Part shown: positions 1-8,859 of the stretch, one piece after another
Layout: each line of letters opens with the position of its first letter
How positions within the stretch are numbered: the stretch's first letter is position 1
Source of the DNA: Planctomycetota bacterium
Lineage (GTDB): Bacteria > Planctomycetota > UBA8108 > UBA1146
Length of the DNA: 64,000 nucleotides
Assembly (NCBI GenBank): GCA_036338595.1
Contig: JAYZBV010000100.1
Location: 20,774-84,773, forward strand
Direction of reading: 5' to 3'
Notes under the pieces: generated by a model
Databases searched by the model: none
Told to the model about the DNA's origin: nothing
What the model saw: only the letters and a program-made list of their open reading frames with translations
Position numbers and translations under genes: made by a program

Positions 1-474
1 GATCTTTCCCTGGTCGAGTTCGGGTCGCTGAAGACCTCGACCGATCTGCCTCATTCTCAACGACTGCTCGAGATCCATCAGGAGATCAAACGAGCCATCT
101 CGATGCACTCCCCGGATATCGCAGCGGTTGAGGATGTATTTTACGGAAAAAATGCTCGCAGTGCGTTGCTGGCGGGAGAGGGGCGAGCGGTGTGTATCCT
201 GGCCTGCTCCCTGGTGCAGTTGAGTGTGGTCGAACTCTCCGCCTCTGCGGTGAAACAGGGCGTGACCGGCAGTGGAAGGGCGAGCAAGCAGCAGGTGCAG
301 GCGATGGTGCAGAGGATACTGGGACTCGATGAGGCACCCAGGCCAGCCGATGCTGCGGACGCTCTGGCCGTTGCGATCGTCATGGCTCAGCGAAATAGGT
401 CCAGGTTGGTGTTCTCGCAGGACGGGACCGGTGGCGATTCCAGTGGTCCCCGGCTAGACTCACGCCCTGAGTGA
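1..474 (+). CDS. ruvC: Crossover junction endodeoxyribonuclease RuvC (5' partial)
   Basis: Frame 1 is open from base 1 (DLSLVEFGSLKT...RLLEIHQEI). RuvC motifs AVEDVF, VKQGVTGSGRASKQQVQAMV and PADAADALAVAI. Confidence 0.93.
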   Translation, partial: DLSLVEFGSLKTSTDLPHSQRLLEIHQEIKRAISMHSPDIAAVEDVFYGKNARSALLAGEGRAVCILACSLVQLSVVELSASAVKQGVTGSGRASKQQVQAMVQRILGLDEAPRPADAADALAVAIVMAQRNRSRLVFSQDGTGGDSSGPRLDSRPE

Positions 475-561
475 TGGCGGGCAGTCTCCCGTCACCTGCC
501 GGAGAGGAAGTCGTCGACTTCCCCCGATTTGAGGATCAATTACGACAGTGAGAGGACGCGG

Positions 562-780
562 ATGGCCAAGGAGGAACCGATCGAGGTCACGGCGATCGTC
601 AAGGAGGCGTTGCCGAATACGACCTTTCGGTGTGAGTTAGAGAACGGCCATATCGTTCTGGCCCACATCAGCGGAAAGATGCGTAAGCACTATATTCGTA
701 TCAATCCGGGAGATAGCGTCACGCTGCAAATCTCGCCTTATGATCTGACCAAGGGTCGCATCGTCTACAGGGAAAGATGA
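562..780 (+). CDS. infA: Translation initiation factor IF-1
   Basis: 72 aa, MAKEEPIEV...[33 protein letters not shown]...[23 protein letters not shown] before ATG 562. Confidence 0.98.
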   Translation: MAKEEPIEVTAIVKEALPNTTFRCELENGHIVLAHISGKMRKHYIRINPGDSVTLQISPYDLTKGRIVYRER

Positions 781-2414
781 TCGTCTTGGCACCATTTCCA
801 CGTACCCGAAGCTTCCAAGGACATGGTGATTCCCGCGTCATTTCCCTGACTCGATCCATCTGGATGCTGGTACTCGGGATTCTAATTCCAGTGTTGCTGG
901 CACCACTCGTCGAGGCTCAGGGGATTTCTCCTGGCAGTCGGAGAGACAGGAGTGCACGCCTCTCGCCCGATGTAAAACACGCCGCTCGCTCCATCACGAG
1001 CCGCGAAGCGATGGAACATGTTCGTTGGCTCGCAGACGATCTCCGTGAAGGGCGGCTGGCAGGTACCGCAGGATGCCGGGATTCCGCAGATTACATCGCA
1101 AACAAGTTCGAAGAGATAGGCGTACTGCCGGCAGGTGATGATGGCACCTGGTTTCACAATTTCATCATCCCGGGACGAGACGGACTTCGCGGGGAGGTTG
1201 AAAAAGGCAACAGGATCAAACTTCTGGTCTCCGAAAAGGCGACCCACGAGATCGTACTGAAGTTCCGTGAAGAGTTCTTACCTCATCCTCGTTGCCCGGA
1301 TGCTGAGATCTCTTCGCTGTGTGCTTTCATGCTGGAGCCTATGCAGTTCATCGGTGATCTGGAACGCGACCCGCTGAAGGAACGGCTGGTGATGCTTCCA
1401 GTCGATGAGCCGATCTCACCGGAGGTGCTGGAGGCGACGTGCAAGGATATTCACGAGCGTGGGGGCATTGGATTGCTGCTCATCGGCGAAGCTTGCCGAC
1501 CGTCACCCTCCGAGGTATGGCCTCCTGAAGACGCCACGGAGCTGTTGCCGATTCCCGTGATCCGGATCCACGGCGAGGGCATAAAGAAGATCTGGAAGAT
1601 CTCTGGAAGGCCGCTTCGCTCGTGGAAGCGACAGTCATCGGATGACGGCGCGATTGTCATGGGAAAGCCTCGTTTCATCATGGAAGTCAACCGCGATGGC
1701 CGAGACCTCAGCCTCGGTCGCAATGTGGTGGGTCAACTACTGGGTACCGATCCAGATCTGAGACATGAATCGATCGTCATCGGTGCTCATTACGATCACG
1801 TCGGTCGAGGAAGGTCTCCAGGACTGTCTCTCGGAGGAGAGCCGGGAGAGATTCACAATGGAGCCGATGATAACGCTTCAGGTGTTGCAGCATTGCTGGA
1901 ACTGGCCGAGGCCTATGCTCTCAATCGACTGCGCACCAAACGATCGATTCTGTTTGTCGCATTCGATGCGGAAGAACTGGGCCTGCATGGCTCCAATGCG
2001 TTCGTCGCAGACAGCGGACACGAGTCAACCGAGATGGCAGGAATGGTGAACATGGACATGATCTCCAGAAATGCCATGCGGGTGGTCAAGGTGGGGCGCA
2101 GGGCTTCCGATGAAGATCTGGGTCAGATCATCTATGAGATGGCCAAATTGCTGGAGCTTCAAATCGATGAGACTGGAATGGACGCTGTCCTGAACCGTTC
2201 TGATCAGGCACCGTTTCTGCGAGCAGGAGTGCCATCTGTCTTTTTCTTCGGCGGCTTCCATGAGGATTATCACACTCCCTCCGACGATATTGAGGATATG
2301 GTGCCTCGCAAACTGGAGAATGTCGCGCGCCTCGCATTCTTGACCTCCTGGGGGCTGTCACAACTTCCTCCTCGAGGCGATGATGGATCTGAATCCGCGG
2401 ACAGCGACGACTGA
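777..2414 (+). CDS. M28 family metallopeptidase with PA-like insert, probably exported
   Basis: Motifs [44 protein letters not shown] and YHTPSDD. Hydrophobic N-terminal segment. ATGA overlap with infA; the true start may be further downstream. Confidence 0.88.
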   Translation: MIVLAPFPRTRSFQGHGDSRVISLTRSIWMLVLGILIPVLLAPLVEAQGISPGSRRDRSARLSPDVKHAARSITSREAMEHVRWLADDLREGRLAGTAGCRDSADYIANKFEEIGVLPAGDDGTWFHNFIIPGRDGLRGEVEKGNRIKLLVSEKATHEIVLKFREEFLPHPRCPDAEISSLCAFMLEPMQFIGDLERDPLKERLVMLPVDEPISPEVLEATCKDIHERGGIGLLLIGEACRPSPSEVWPPEDATELLPIPVIRIHGEGIKKIWKISGRPLRSWKRQSSDDGAIVMGKPRFIMEVNRDGRDLSLGRNVVGQLLGTDPDLRHESIVIGAHYDHVGRGRSPGLSLGGEPGEIHNGADDNASGVAALLELAEAYALNRLRTKRSILFVAFDAEELGLHGSNAFVADSGHESTEMAGMVNMDMISRNAMRVVKVGRRASDEDLGQIIYEMAKLLELQIDETGMDAVLNRSDQAPFLRAGVPSVFFFGGFHEDYHTPSDDIEDMVPRKLENVARLAFLTSWGLSQLPPRGDDGSESADSDD

Positions 2415-2545
2415 GGTCGATTTCTGGCCCGAGTCTCTGTTGCCGTGGTCAAGGCACGAGGTGCTGGCTTCCCGGAACTCACCGGTGGCCATCGAATCCG
2501 AACGGATGAGCAGCGTGCTCCTGGTCGCCACGAAGGTCACTGATA

Positions 2546-4495
2546 CTACTGATCCTCGCCGTTCGGATCCGTGGCTCCACCTCGGATGGCCTCGACGATA
2601 TCGGCGTTGGCGAGGGTGGTCACATCCCCCAGTTTTCGCCGTTCCGAGATGTCCCTCAGCAGCCTCCTCATGATCTTACCCGAGCGTGTCTTTGGAAGAT
2701 CTGGAGTGAATACGATACTTGCAGGTTTGGCGATGGGACCGATCTTGTTGGCCACATGCTTTCTCAGTTCAACGATCAACTCGTCGTGTCCCACTTCTGA
2801 ACCGCGTAGCACAACGAAGGCGGCGATCGCCTGCCCGGTTCTGTCATCCGCGCGGCCGACCACTGCGGCCTCTGCAACGGCAGCATGATCCACCAGGGCA
2901 CTTTCGACCTCGGTGGTGGAGATGTTGTGGCCCGAGATCAGCATCACATCATCGACTCGGCCGAGTAGCCACAGGTAGCCGTCCTCGTCTATCTTGCAAC
3001 CATCTCCAGGAAAGTAGATGCCCTCGAAACGGCTCCAGTAAACTTCCCTGTAGCGTTCGGGATCGCCATGAATCCCCCTCAGCATCGATGGCCATGGCGA
3101 ATCGATGACGAGCAATCCACCGTGGCCCCGTTCGACTCGATTGCCTTCATCGTCAACCACATGGGCATCGATTCCAGGATAGGGTGTCGTCGCAGAGCCA
3201 GGTTTGGTCGTCGTGATCCCCGGAAGGGGGGTGATCATGATCGCGCCAGTCTCCGTTTGCCACCAGGTGTCGACGATGGGGCATTTCTGCTGGCCGATGT
3301 GTTCGTGGTACCACATCCACGCCTCTGGATTGATCGGTTCTCCGACCGATCCGAGCAGCCTGAGGCTTGTCAGATCACAGCCGCCAGGGAGAGAATCTCC
3401 CCACTTCATGAAAGTTCGAATCGCAGTCGGGGCCGTGTAGAGAATCGTCACTCCATACTTTTCGATCAACTTCCACCATCGGTCTTGCTGCGGATGATCC
3501 GGGGTCCCCTCATAGATCAGGCTGGTTGCGTTGTTGGCGAGAGGTCCGTAAACGATGTAGGAGTGTCCTGTGACCCAACCACAGTCTGCAGTACACCAGT
3601 AGAGGTCATCGTTCTTGATATCGAAGACATTTCTGAAGGTGGAACTGACTCCTGTCAGATAGCCACCACAGGTATGTACAATTCCCTTCGGCTTGCCGGT
3701 GCTGCCTGATGTGTAGAGGATGAACAGCAGGTCTTCTGCCTCCATCTCCTCCGGTTCGCAGGTGTCAGACATCTCCGGGACCACTTCATGCCACCAATGA
3801 TCGCGACCTTCTTGCCAATCGACCTGGTTTTCGCCACGGCGCAGGACCAGCACATTTTTTACGGTCTGCTGACCGATGAGAGAATCGTCAACATTTTTCT
3901 TGAGGGGGAATACACTGCCTCGTCTCCAGGAACCATCCTGTGTGATGACCGCCTTGCACGCGCAGTCATCGATTCGTTCCCGCAAGCTGTCGGCGCTGAA
4001 TCCACCGAAAACTACCGAGTGAGCAGCTCCGATTCTGGCGCATGCGAGCATCGCCACGACGATTTCCGGCACCATTCCCATGTAGATCGCTACGGTGTCT
4101 CCCTTGCCGACTTCCATCTTCTTGAGAGCATTGGCGGTGCGGCAAACCTCTGCCAGCAACTCGCCGTAGGTGATGGAGCGGGAGTCGCCCGGTTCGCCCT
4201 CCCAGTGAAAGGCGACCCGATCCGGATTGGTTGCGACATGGCGATCGAGACAGGACTCGGTGACGTTGAGGGTGCCGCCCACGAACCAGCGGTAAAATGG
4301 TGCCTCGCTGTCATCGAGCACCTGGGTCCAGGGTCGTTTCCACTGCAGTTTCTTCGCTTCCTCGACCCAGAAAGCCTGGGGATCCGCAGCAGCTTCCTGG
4401 TGGATCTGAGGCTGAGCATTTGCCTGACTTGCCAGAGCCTCAGGTGGCGGGAATGAGCGTCCCTCCTGGAACAAGTTTTCGATCGTTTCAGACAT
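2546..4495 (-). CDS. acs: Acetyl-CoA synthetase (acetate--CoA ligase)
   Basis: YTSGSTGKPKG AMP-binding loop, WCTADCGWVTGHSY, SVGEPINPEAW, DTWWQTETG and PKTRSGKIMRR. AAGGAG RBS. Confidence 0.97.
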   Translation of the reverse strand: MSETIENLFQEGRSFPPPEALASQANAQPQIHQEAAADPQAFWVEEAKKLQWKRPWTQVLDDSEAPFYRWFVGGTLNVTESCLDRHVATNPDRVAFHWEGEPGDSRSITYGELLAEVCRTANALKKMEVGKGDTVAIYMGMVPEIVVAMLACARIGAAHSVVFGGFSADSLRERIDDCACKAVITQDGSWRRGSVFPLKKNVDDSLIGQQTVKNVLVLRRGENQVDWQEGRDHWWHEVVPEMSDTCEPEEMEAEDLLFILYTSGSTGKPKGIVHTCGGYLTGVSSTFRNVFDIKNDDLYWCTADCGWVTGHSYIVYGPLANNATSLIYEGTPDHPQQDRWWKLIEKYGVTILYTAPTAIRTFMKWGDSLPGGCDLTSLRLLGSVGEPINPEAWMWYHEHIGQQKCPIVDTWWQTETGAIMITPLPGITTTKPGSATTPYPGIDAHVVDDEGNRVERGHGGLLVIDSPWPSMLRGIHGDPERYREVYWSRFEGIYFPGDGCKIDEDGYLWLLGRVDDVMLISGHNISTTEVESALVDHAAVAEAAVVGRADDRTGQAIAAFVVLRGSEVGHDELIVELRKHVANKIGPIAKPASIVFTPDLPKTRSGKIMRRLLRDISERRKLGDVTTLANADIVEAIRGGATDPNGEDQ

Positions 4496-4596
4496 TCAGG
4501 GCTCCTTATTGTTGAGTAAATCCGGCCCGGGAGACTTTGAGGATACCGGGCCTTCAATATCGGATCGAGGGGGTTAGTTTCCCCAAGTCTACTTCC

Positions 4597-4605
4597 TGTT
4601 AGAAT
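4597..4605 (+). promoter_or_regulatory. Possible extended -10 promoter (TGn-TAGAAT) for the 4667 gene
   Basis: TGTTAGAAT in the divergent intergenic region, about 60 nt upstream of ATG 4667. Confidence 0.3.
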
Positions 4606-4666
4606 CAGCCGTGTCAGGAATCAATGAGATCCTGAATGGTCTGGAATAATCGAGAGAGAGGCCCCG

Positions 4667-7126
4667 ATGGGTCGTGTCTTACGACGCGTTGCCCGTGCCA
4701 TCGTCCTCTTACAGATGGCAACCGTTTGCTGGCTCACTACCGGTCAGGTGGTTTCGTCGGCTGCTGAGCCGCTGGTTACTGCCGTGGCACATCCATCTCT
4801 GACTGCTCTGGGTGCCAAGGAGTTCGTCCGAAAGGGAGTCCCGCAAGGCATCTTTGCTCCGGATGGGGGGTGGACCGCCAAGGATGGGAAGTACACCGGG
4901 TCGGGTAAGAACTGCATCGCGTACGCCGATCATTCTCTCGGCGTGGGTAATTTTGATATCGAAGTCAAACTGACCCTGCGCAAGGTGGGAGCCAACTATG
5001 CTGGCATCCAGTTTGGTGGCGGACGCCTCGTGCTCGGTGGCGATGGCGGCAAACTGGTCTTCAGGGGATTGCCGAAGCCGGATCACCGGGTGGATCTCGG
5101 CCCACTCTCCGACCGGGTCCAGAAGGACGAGATCATTCAGGTGCGCATCCGGCGCCGAGGTACCAACTTGCTGATCTTCATCGATGGAAAACGGCTGCAT
5201 AGTGTCAAGGGGGTCGGGGGTCCCATCGGAGAGTTCGGAGTGATAGCCGGGGATGGCCCTGTCGATGTCATTTCGTTTCGAGCCTCGGGAAATTTGCAGT
5301 CGAGCGGACGCAAGCAACGGATCAACAGGGAATCCTTGAAGTCCCTGAGTCGCGATGAACGCATCACCCGGAGCATAGAAGGTGGCATCGACTTCATCCT
5401 GGATAAAGCGCTGGAGAATCCTGCAGGAGTCAGTCCTTCTCGCCCGGAAGCGATTCCTGGCGCTCGCGCTCTGGAAGCCTATGCCCTGATCGTGGCTGGA
5501 GTCGATGTTGACCATCCAGTAGTCCGATCTCACCTCGAGGCCTGCGCCAGGGCTATGCCGACACAGCGACGCATTTACGATGTGTCTTGCTGGAGTTTTG
5601 CGCTAGATGCTGCGATCTCCCAGGCGGAGCAAGACGCATTATTGATCGAGCCGGGTCTGGTGGATCTCCAGCTGTTGAGGCTGGCCAGGGATCATAGAAA
5701 CAATTTGAAAATCGCCAGCGATATCATCCTCTCTGCACAGAACTCCACCGGCGGTTGGCGATATCTTCACAGTGCAACCGATGCAGACACCTCCGTGACG
5801 CAGTTTGCTTCGCTGGCTGTCGGAGTTTTCGCTCGTCGAGGCATCGAGATCTCCGATGAGTGCTGGCAAGGGATGGTCAACTACTGTCTTTCGCGGCAGA
5901 TGCCAACCGGTGGAGAGGTGAAACCGAAAATCGTACTGGAACCTGAAAGAGAGATTCGAAGAAGGAGGGGTGATCCGCGCGAAGGGACAACCGTTGCCGA
6001 GCCTGTAGATATGGCGAGGCCGCTCACTGCACAGGAGATGCAGACCGCATGGAAGCGGGGTTTTCACTACGCAGATAAAGATCCCAAATCGGGAAACTGG
6101 AACATGTCATGTGCAGGTGTCTCCTCCTTGCTTGTCGCTTACAGATTTGGCAAGCAGACGCTCTCGGCGGAGCTTCGTCAGAAGGTTCGTGACTCGCTTC
6201 GAGACGGAGTCGCCTGGATCGAGGCGGACTGGAAGCCTCACCATAATTTCTACGGCATGTATAGCCTCGAAAAGGTCGGGGATCTGGGCGAGATCCGCAG
6301 TTTTGGCGAGCACACCTGGTACCCGGAGATGAGCGACTACCTCCTCGATAGACAGCAAAATGAAGGCTCCTGGGGCAAGGGGAGCGGCTCCTACCATGGA
6401 GAGTCGGATCGGCTCAATACGTCGTTTGCTCTGCTGATCCTCAAACGCGCCAGCGCGCTGCTGACGCGCGGTCCTCGCGATGTTGTCATTTACACGGGTG
6501 GTGACAGTTCCGATCCGGAATCGCAAGATGAATGGGTGCTGATCCCGCGACTGGGCACCTCCGTCCATCTCCCGAGCCTGGTCCGAACGTTGCGACTACG
6601 ACCGCGACCTCAGATGCTGAAGATCTTCGAGGAGATGGTCGAGTCGCTTCCCGCCTGGAAGCGTCCAACGGTGGTTCCCTATCTCGCTCTGGTCAGAGAG
6701 CGTGCCATCAGCCGCGGGGTCAGACAAATCATGGAGCGATGCGAGGAACATATTCGTCCCAGCGGCTTCGAGGATCCCGACCACATGGCCTCCTGGTATC
6801 AGACCTGGCATCGCGCTCGAGAGATCGGTATCGATCAACTGCCTGAAGCTGGCGATGAGTTGATCGGAATCGCCAAGGCTGCTGCCGGCGACCCGGTGCT
6901 TCGCGAGACTGCCATCCGATCTGCGCTCCAGCTCGGATTGACGCAATCCGCGCTGCTGATGGTCGAGGACCTCGCATCTCCACATCGAGACCTGAGGCTT
7001 CTCGGATACCAGGGGATCCGATCCCTCTTCGCCGACACGCCTCCCGAGTTCGATCCCGATGGTGATAAAAAGGACAGGGAAGAGCAGATCGACAAGGTCC
7101 GCAGTTGGGTCAATTCTCGTCTGTAG
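4667..7126 (+). CDS. Exported multidomain protein: ConA/DUF1080-like beta-sandwich, prenyltransferase/squalene-oxidase-repeat alpha-toroid and HEAT-like C-terminus
   Basis: Signal-like N-terminus. Beta-rich segment (GNFDIEVKLT...LLIFIDGK). QW-type repeats AQNSTGGWRY, DTSVTQFASLAV, QQNEGSW and LNTSFALLIL. Helical HEAT-like end (DLASPHRDLR...PEFDPDG). Confidence 0.6.
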   Translation: MGRVLRRVARAIVLLQMATVCWLTTGQVVSSAAEPLVTAVAHPSLTALGAKEFVRKGVPQGIFAPDGGWTAKDGKYTGSGKNCIAYADHSLGVGNFDIEVKLTLRKVGANYAGIQFGGGRLVLGGDGGKLVFRGLPKPDHRVDLGPLSDRVQKDEIIQVRIRRRGTNLLIFIDGKRLHSVKGVGGPIGEFGVIAGDGPVDVISFRASGNLQSSGRKQRINRESLKSLSRDERITRSIEGGIDFILDKALENPAGVSPSRPEAIPGARALEAYALIVAGVDVDHPVVRSHLEACARAMPTQRRIYDVSCWSFALDAAISQAEQDALLIEPGLVDLQLLRLARDHRNNLKIASDIILSAQNSTGGWRYLHSATDADTSVTQFASLAVGVFARRGIEISDECWQGMVNYCLSRQMPTGGEVKPKIVLEPEREIRRRRGDPREGTTVAEPVDMARPLTAQEMQTAWKRGFHYADKDPKSGNWNMSCAGVSSLLVAYRFGKQTLSAELRQKVRDSLRDGVAWIEADWKPHHNFYGMYSLEKVGDLGEIRSFGEHTWYPEMSDYLLDRQQNEGSWGKGSGSYHGESDRLNTSFALLILKRASALLTRGPRDVVIYTGGDSSDPESQDEWVLIPRLGTSVHLPSLVRTLRLRPRPQMLKIFEEMVESLPAWKRPTVVPYLALVRERAISRGVRQIMERCEEHIRPSGFEDPDHMASWYQTWHRAREIGIDQLPEAGDELIGIAKAAAGDPVLRETAIRSALQLGLTQSALLMVEDLASPHRDLRLLGYQGIRSLFADTPPEFDPDGDKKDREEQIDKVRSWVNSRL

Positions 7127-7344
7127 GTCCCTGCCGCGCTCAATGGGTGCGGACTCTCTTCAGATCTCCGTGAGAATTTGAGATGTCTCTGCGGATCGTA
7201 GCCGCAGCAATTTATTGGCGGTTGTTATCAGAGTGACTCGATGAGGGGAATCACGCCAGTTACCATCGGGCCCTGATCTGACCGATGCCCTTGCCTGAAG
7301 AGGGCGGGCAGAATTGACCACCAGGGAAGCGGAAAGGGGCCACC

Positions 7345-8817
7345 ATGCCCACCCAGGAGACTCGTCAGGGAATCGAGTATCGCGTCAAGGATCTGAACCT
7401 CGCAAACTTTGGTCGCCAGGAGATCCGGCTCGCCGAACAGGAGATGCCTGGCCTGATGAGCCTCCGTGAGGAGTACCGAGGCAAGAGTCCACTCGCCGGT
7501 GCCCGCATCTCTGGATCGCTTCACATGACGATCCAGACCGCAGTTCTGATCGAGACACTCGTAGATCTCGGAGCAGAAGTACGGTGGGCTTCCTGCAACA
7601 TCTTTTCGACCCAGGACCATGCCGCTGCTGCAGTGGTGGTCGGACCGGAAGGCAGCATCGAGGAGCCAAAGGGCATCCCGGTGTTTGCATGGATGGGGGA
7701 GAGCCTCGAGGAATACTGGGAATGTACGGTTGCGGCGATGACATGGCCGGATGGTCCTCCCAACATGATTCTCGATGACGGCGGCGACGCCACGATGCTG
7801 GTCCTGAAGGGACGCGAGTTCGAGCAGTCGGGTGTGGTCCCCGAGTTCATGGCCGGTGATCCTGAGGAGTGGAAGTATGTCCTGGATCTGATGCACGTCA
7901 GCCTCCGGGATACTCCGGGCAAATGGAGCGCGATAGCGGATAACATCCGTGGAGTGACAGAGGAAACCACTACCGGTGTGCACCGGCTTTACCAGCTGGA
8001 AGAATCAGGAGCATTGCTTTTTCCGGCGATGAATGTCAACGACTCCGTCACCAAGAGCAAGTTTGACAACCTCTATGGCTGCCGCCACTCGGTGGTCGAT
8101 GGACTCTGCAGAGCCACGGATGTGATGTTGAGCGGTAAGATCTGTGTCGTACTTGGATTCGGCGATGTCGGCAAGGGCTGCGCTCAGGCGTTGCGAGGTC
8201 AAGGTGCCAGGGTCGTTGTCACCGAGATAGACCCGATCTGTGCGCTTCAGGCTGCGATGGAAGGCTACCAGGTAGTTCGCCTGGAGGATGTGGTCTCCGA
8301 CGGAGACATATTTGTCACCACCACAGGTAATCGTGACATCATCTGCGTTGCAGATATGCAGAAGATGAAGAACAACGCCATCGTTTCCAACATCGGTCAT
8401 TTCGACAACGAGATCGACATGGCAGGGCTTGCCGCTGTCGAGGGAATCACCTGCGAAAACCTGAAGAACCCCGAGCAACACCAGAACCAGGTCGACGTCT
8501 GGAAATTCCCGCAGGGCCATTCGATCATCGTGCTGGCAGAAGGTCGTCTGATGAATCTGGGTTGCGCCACAGGGCACCCATCCTTCGTGATGAGTGCGTC
8601 TTTTACAAATCAGGTGATGGCGCAGATCGAGTTGTTTCAGGATTCAGGGAAATACGCAAACAAGGTCTATGTGTTGCCGAAGACCCTCGATGAAAAAGTG
8701 GCCCGATTGCATCTGGCCAAACTCGGGGTCCGGCTCACCGAGTTGACGGATGTCCAGTCGAATTACCTGGGGATCGCCAAGCAGGGACCGTACAAAGCGG
8801 ACCATTATCGCTACTGA
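7345..8817 (+). CDS. ahcY: Adenosylhomocysteinase (SAH hydrolase)
   Basis: [79 protein letters not shown] and C-terminal YKADHYRY. Confidence 0.98.
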   Translation: MPTQETRQGIEYRVKDLNLANFGRQEIRLAEQEMPGLMSLREEYRGKSPLAGARISGSLHMTIQTAVLIETLVDLGAEVRWASCNIFSTQDHAAAAVVVGPEGSIEEPKGIPVFAWMGESLEEYWECTVAAMTWPDGPPNMILDDGGDATMLVLKGREFEQSGVVPEFMAGDPEEWKYVLDLMHVSLRDTPGKWSAIADNIRGVTEETTTGVHRLYQLEESGALLFPAMNVNDSVTKSKFDNLYGCRHSVVDGLCRATDVMLSGKICVVLGFGDVGKGCAQALRGQGARVVVTEIDPICALQAAMEGYQVVRLEDVVSDGDIFVTTTGNRDIICVADMQKMKNNAIVSNIGHFDNEIDMAGLAAVEGITCENLKNPEQHQNQVDVWKFPQGHSIIVLAEGRLMNLGCATGHPSFVMSASFTNQVMAQIELFQDSGKYANKVYVLPKTLDEKVARLHLAKLGVRLTELTDVQSNYLGIAKQGPYKADHYRY

Positions 8818-8859
8818 TGGAGTCCAGCGAGTCGTTCTTGGCTGTCGAACGGCATCGAT

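Noticed and set aside
7224..7260. TTATCAGAG, resembling the start of a SAM-I riboswitch upstream of ahcY
   Set aside because: The GAGGGA kink-turn spacing, GCAACC and GTGC core elements are absent.
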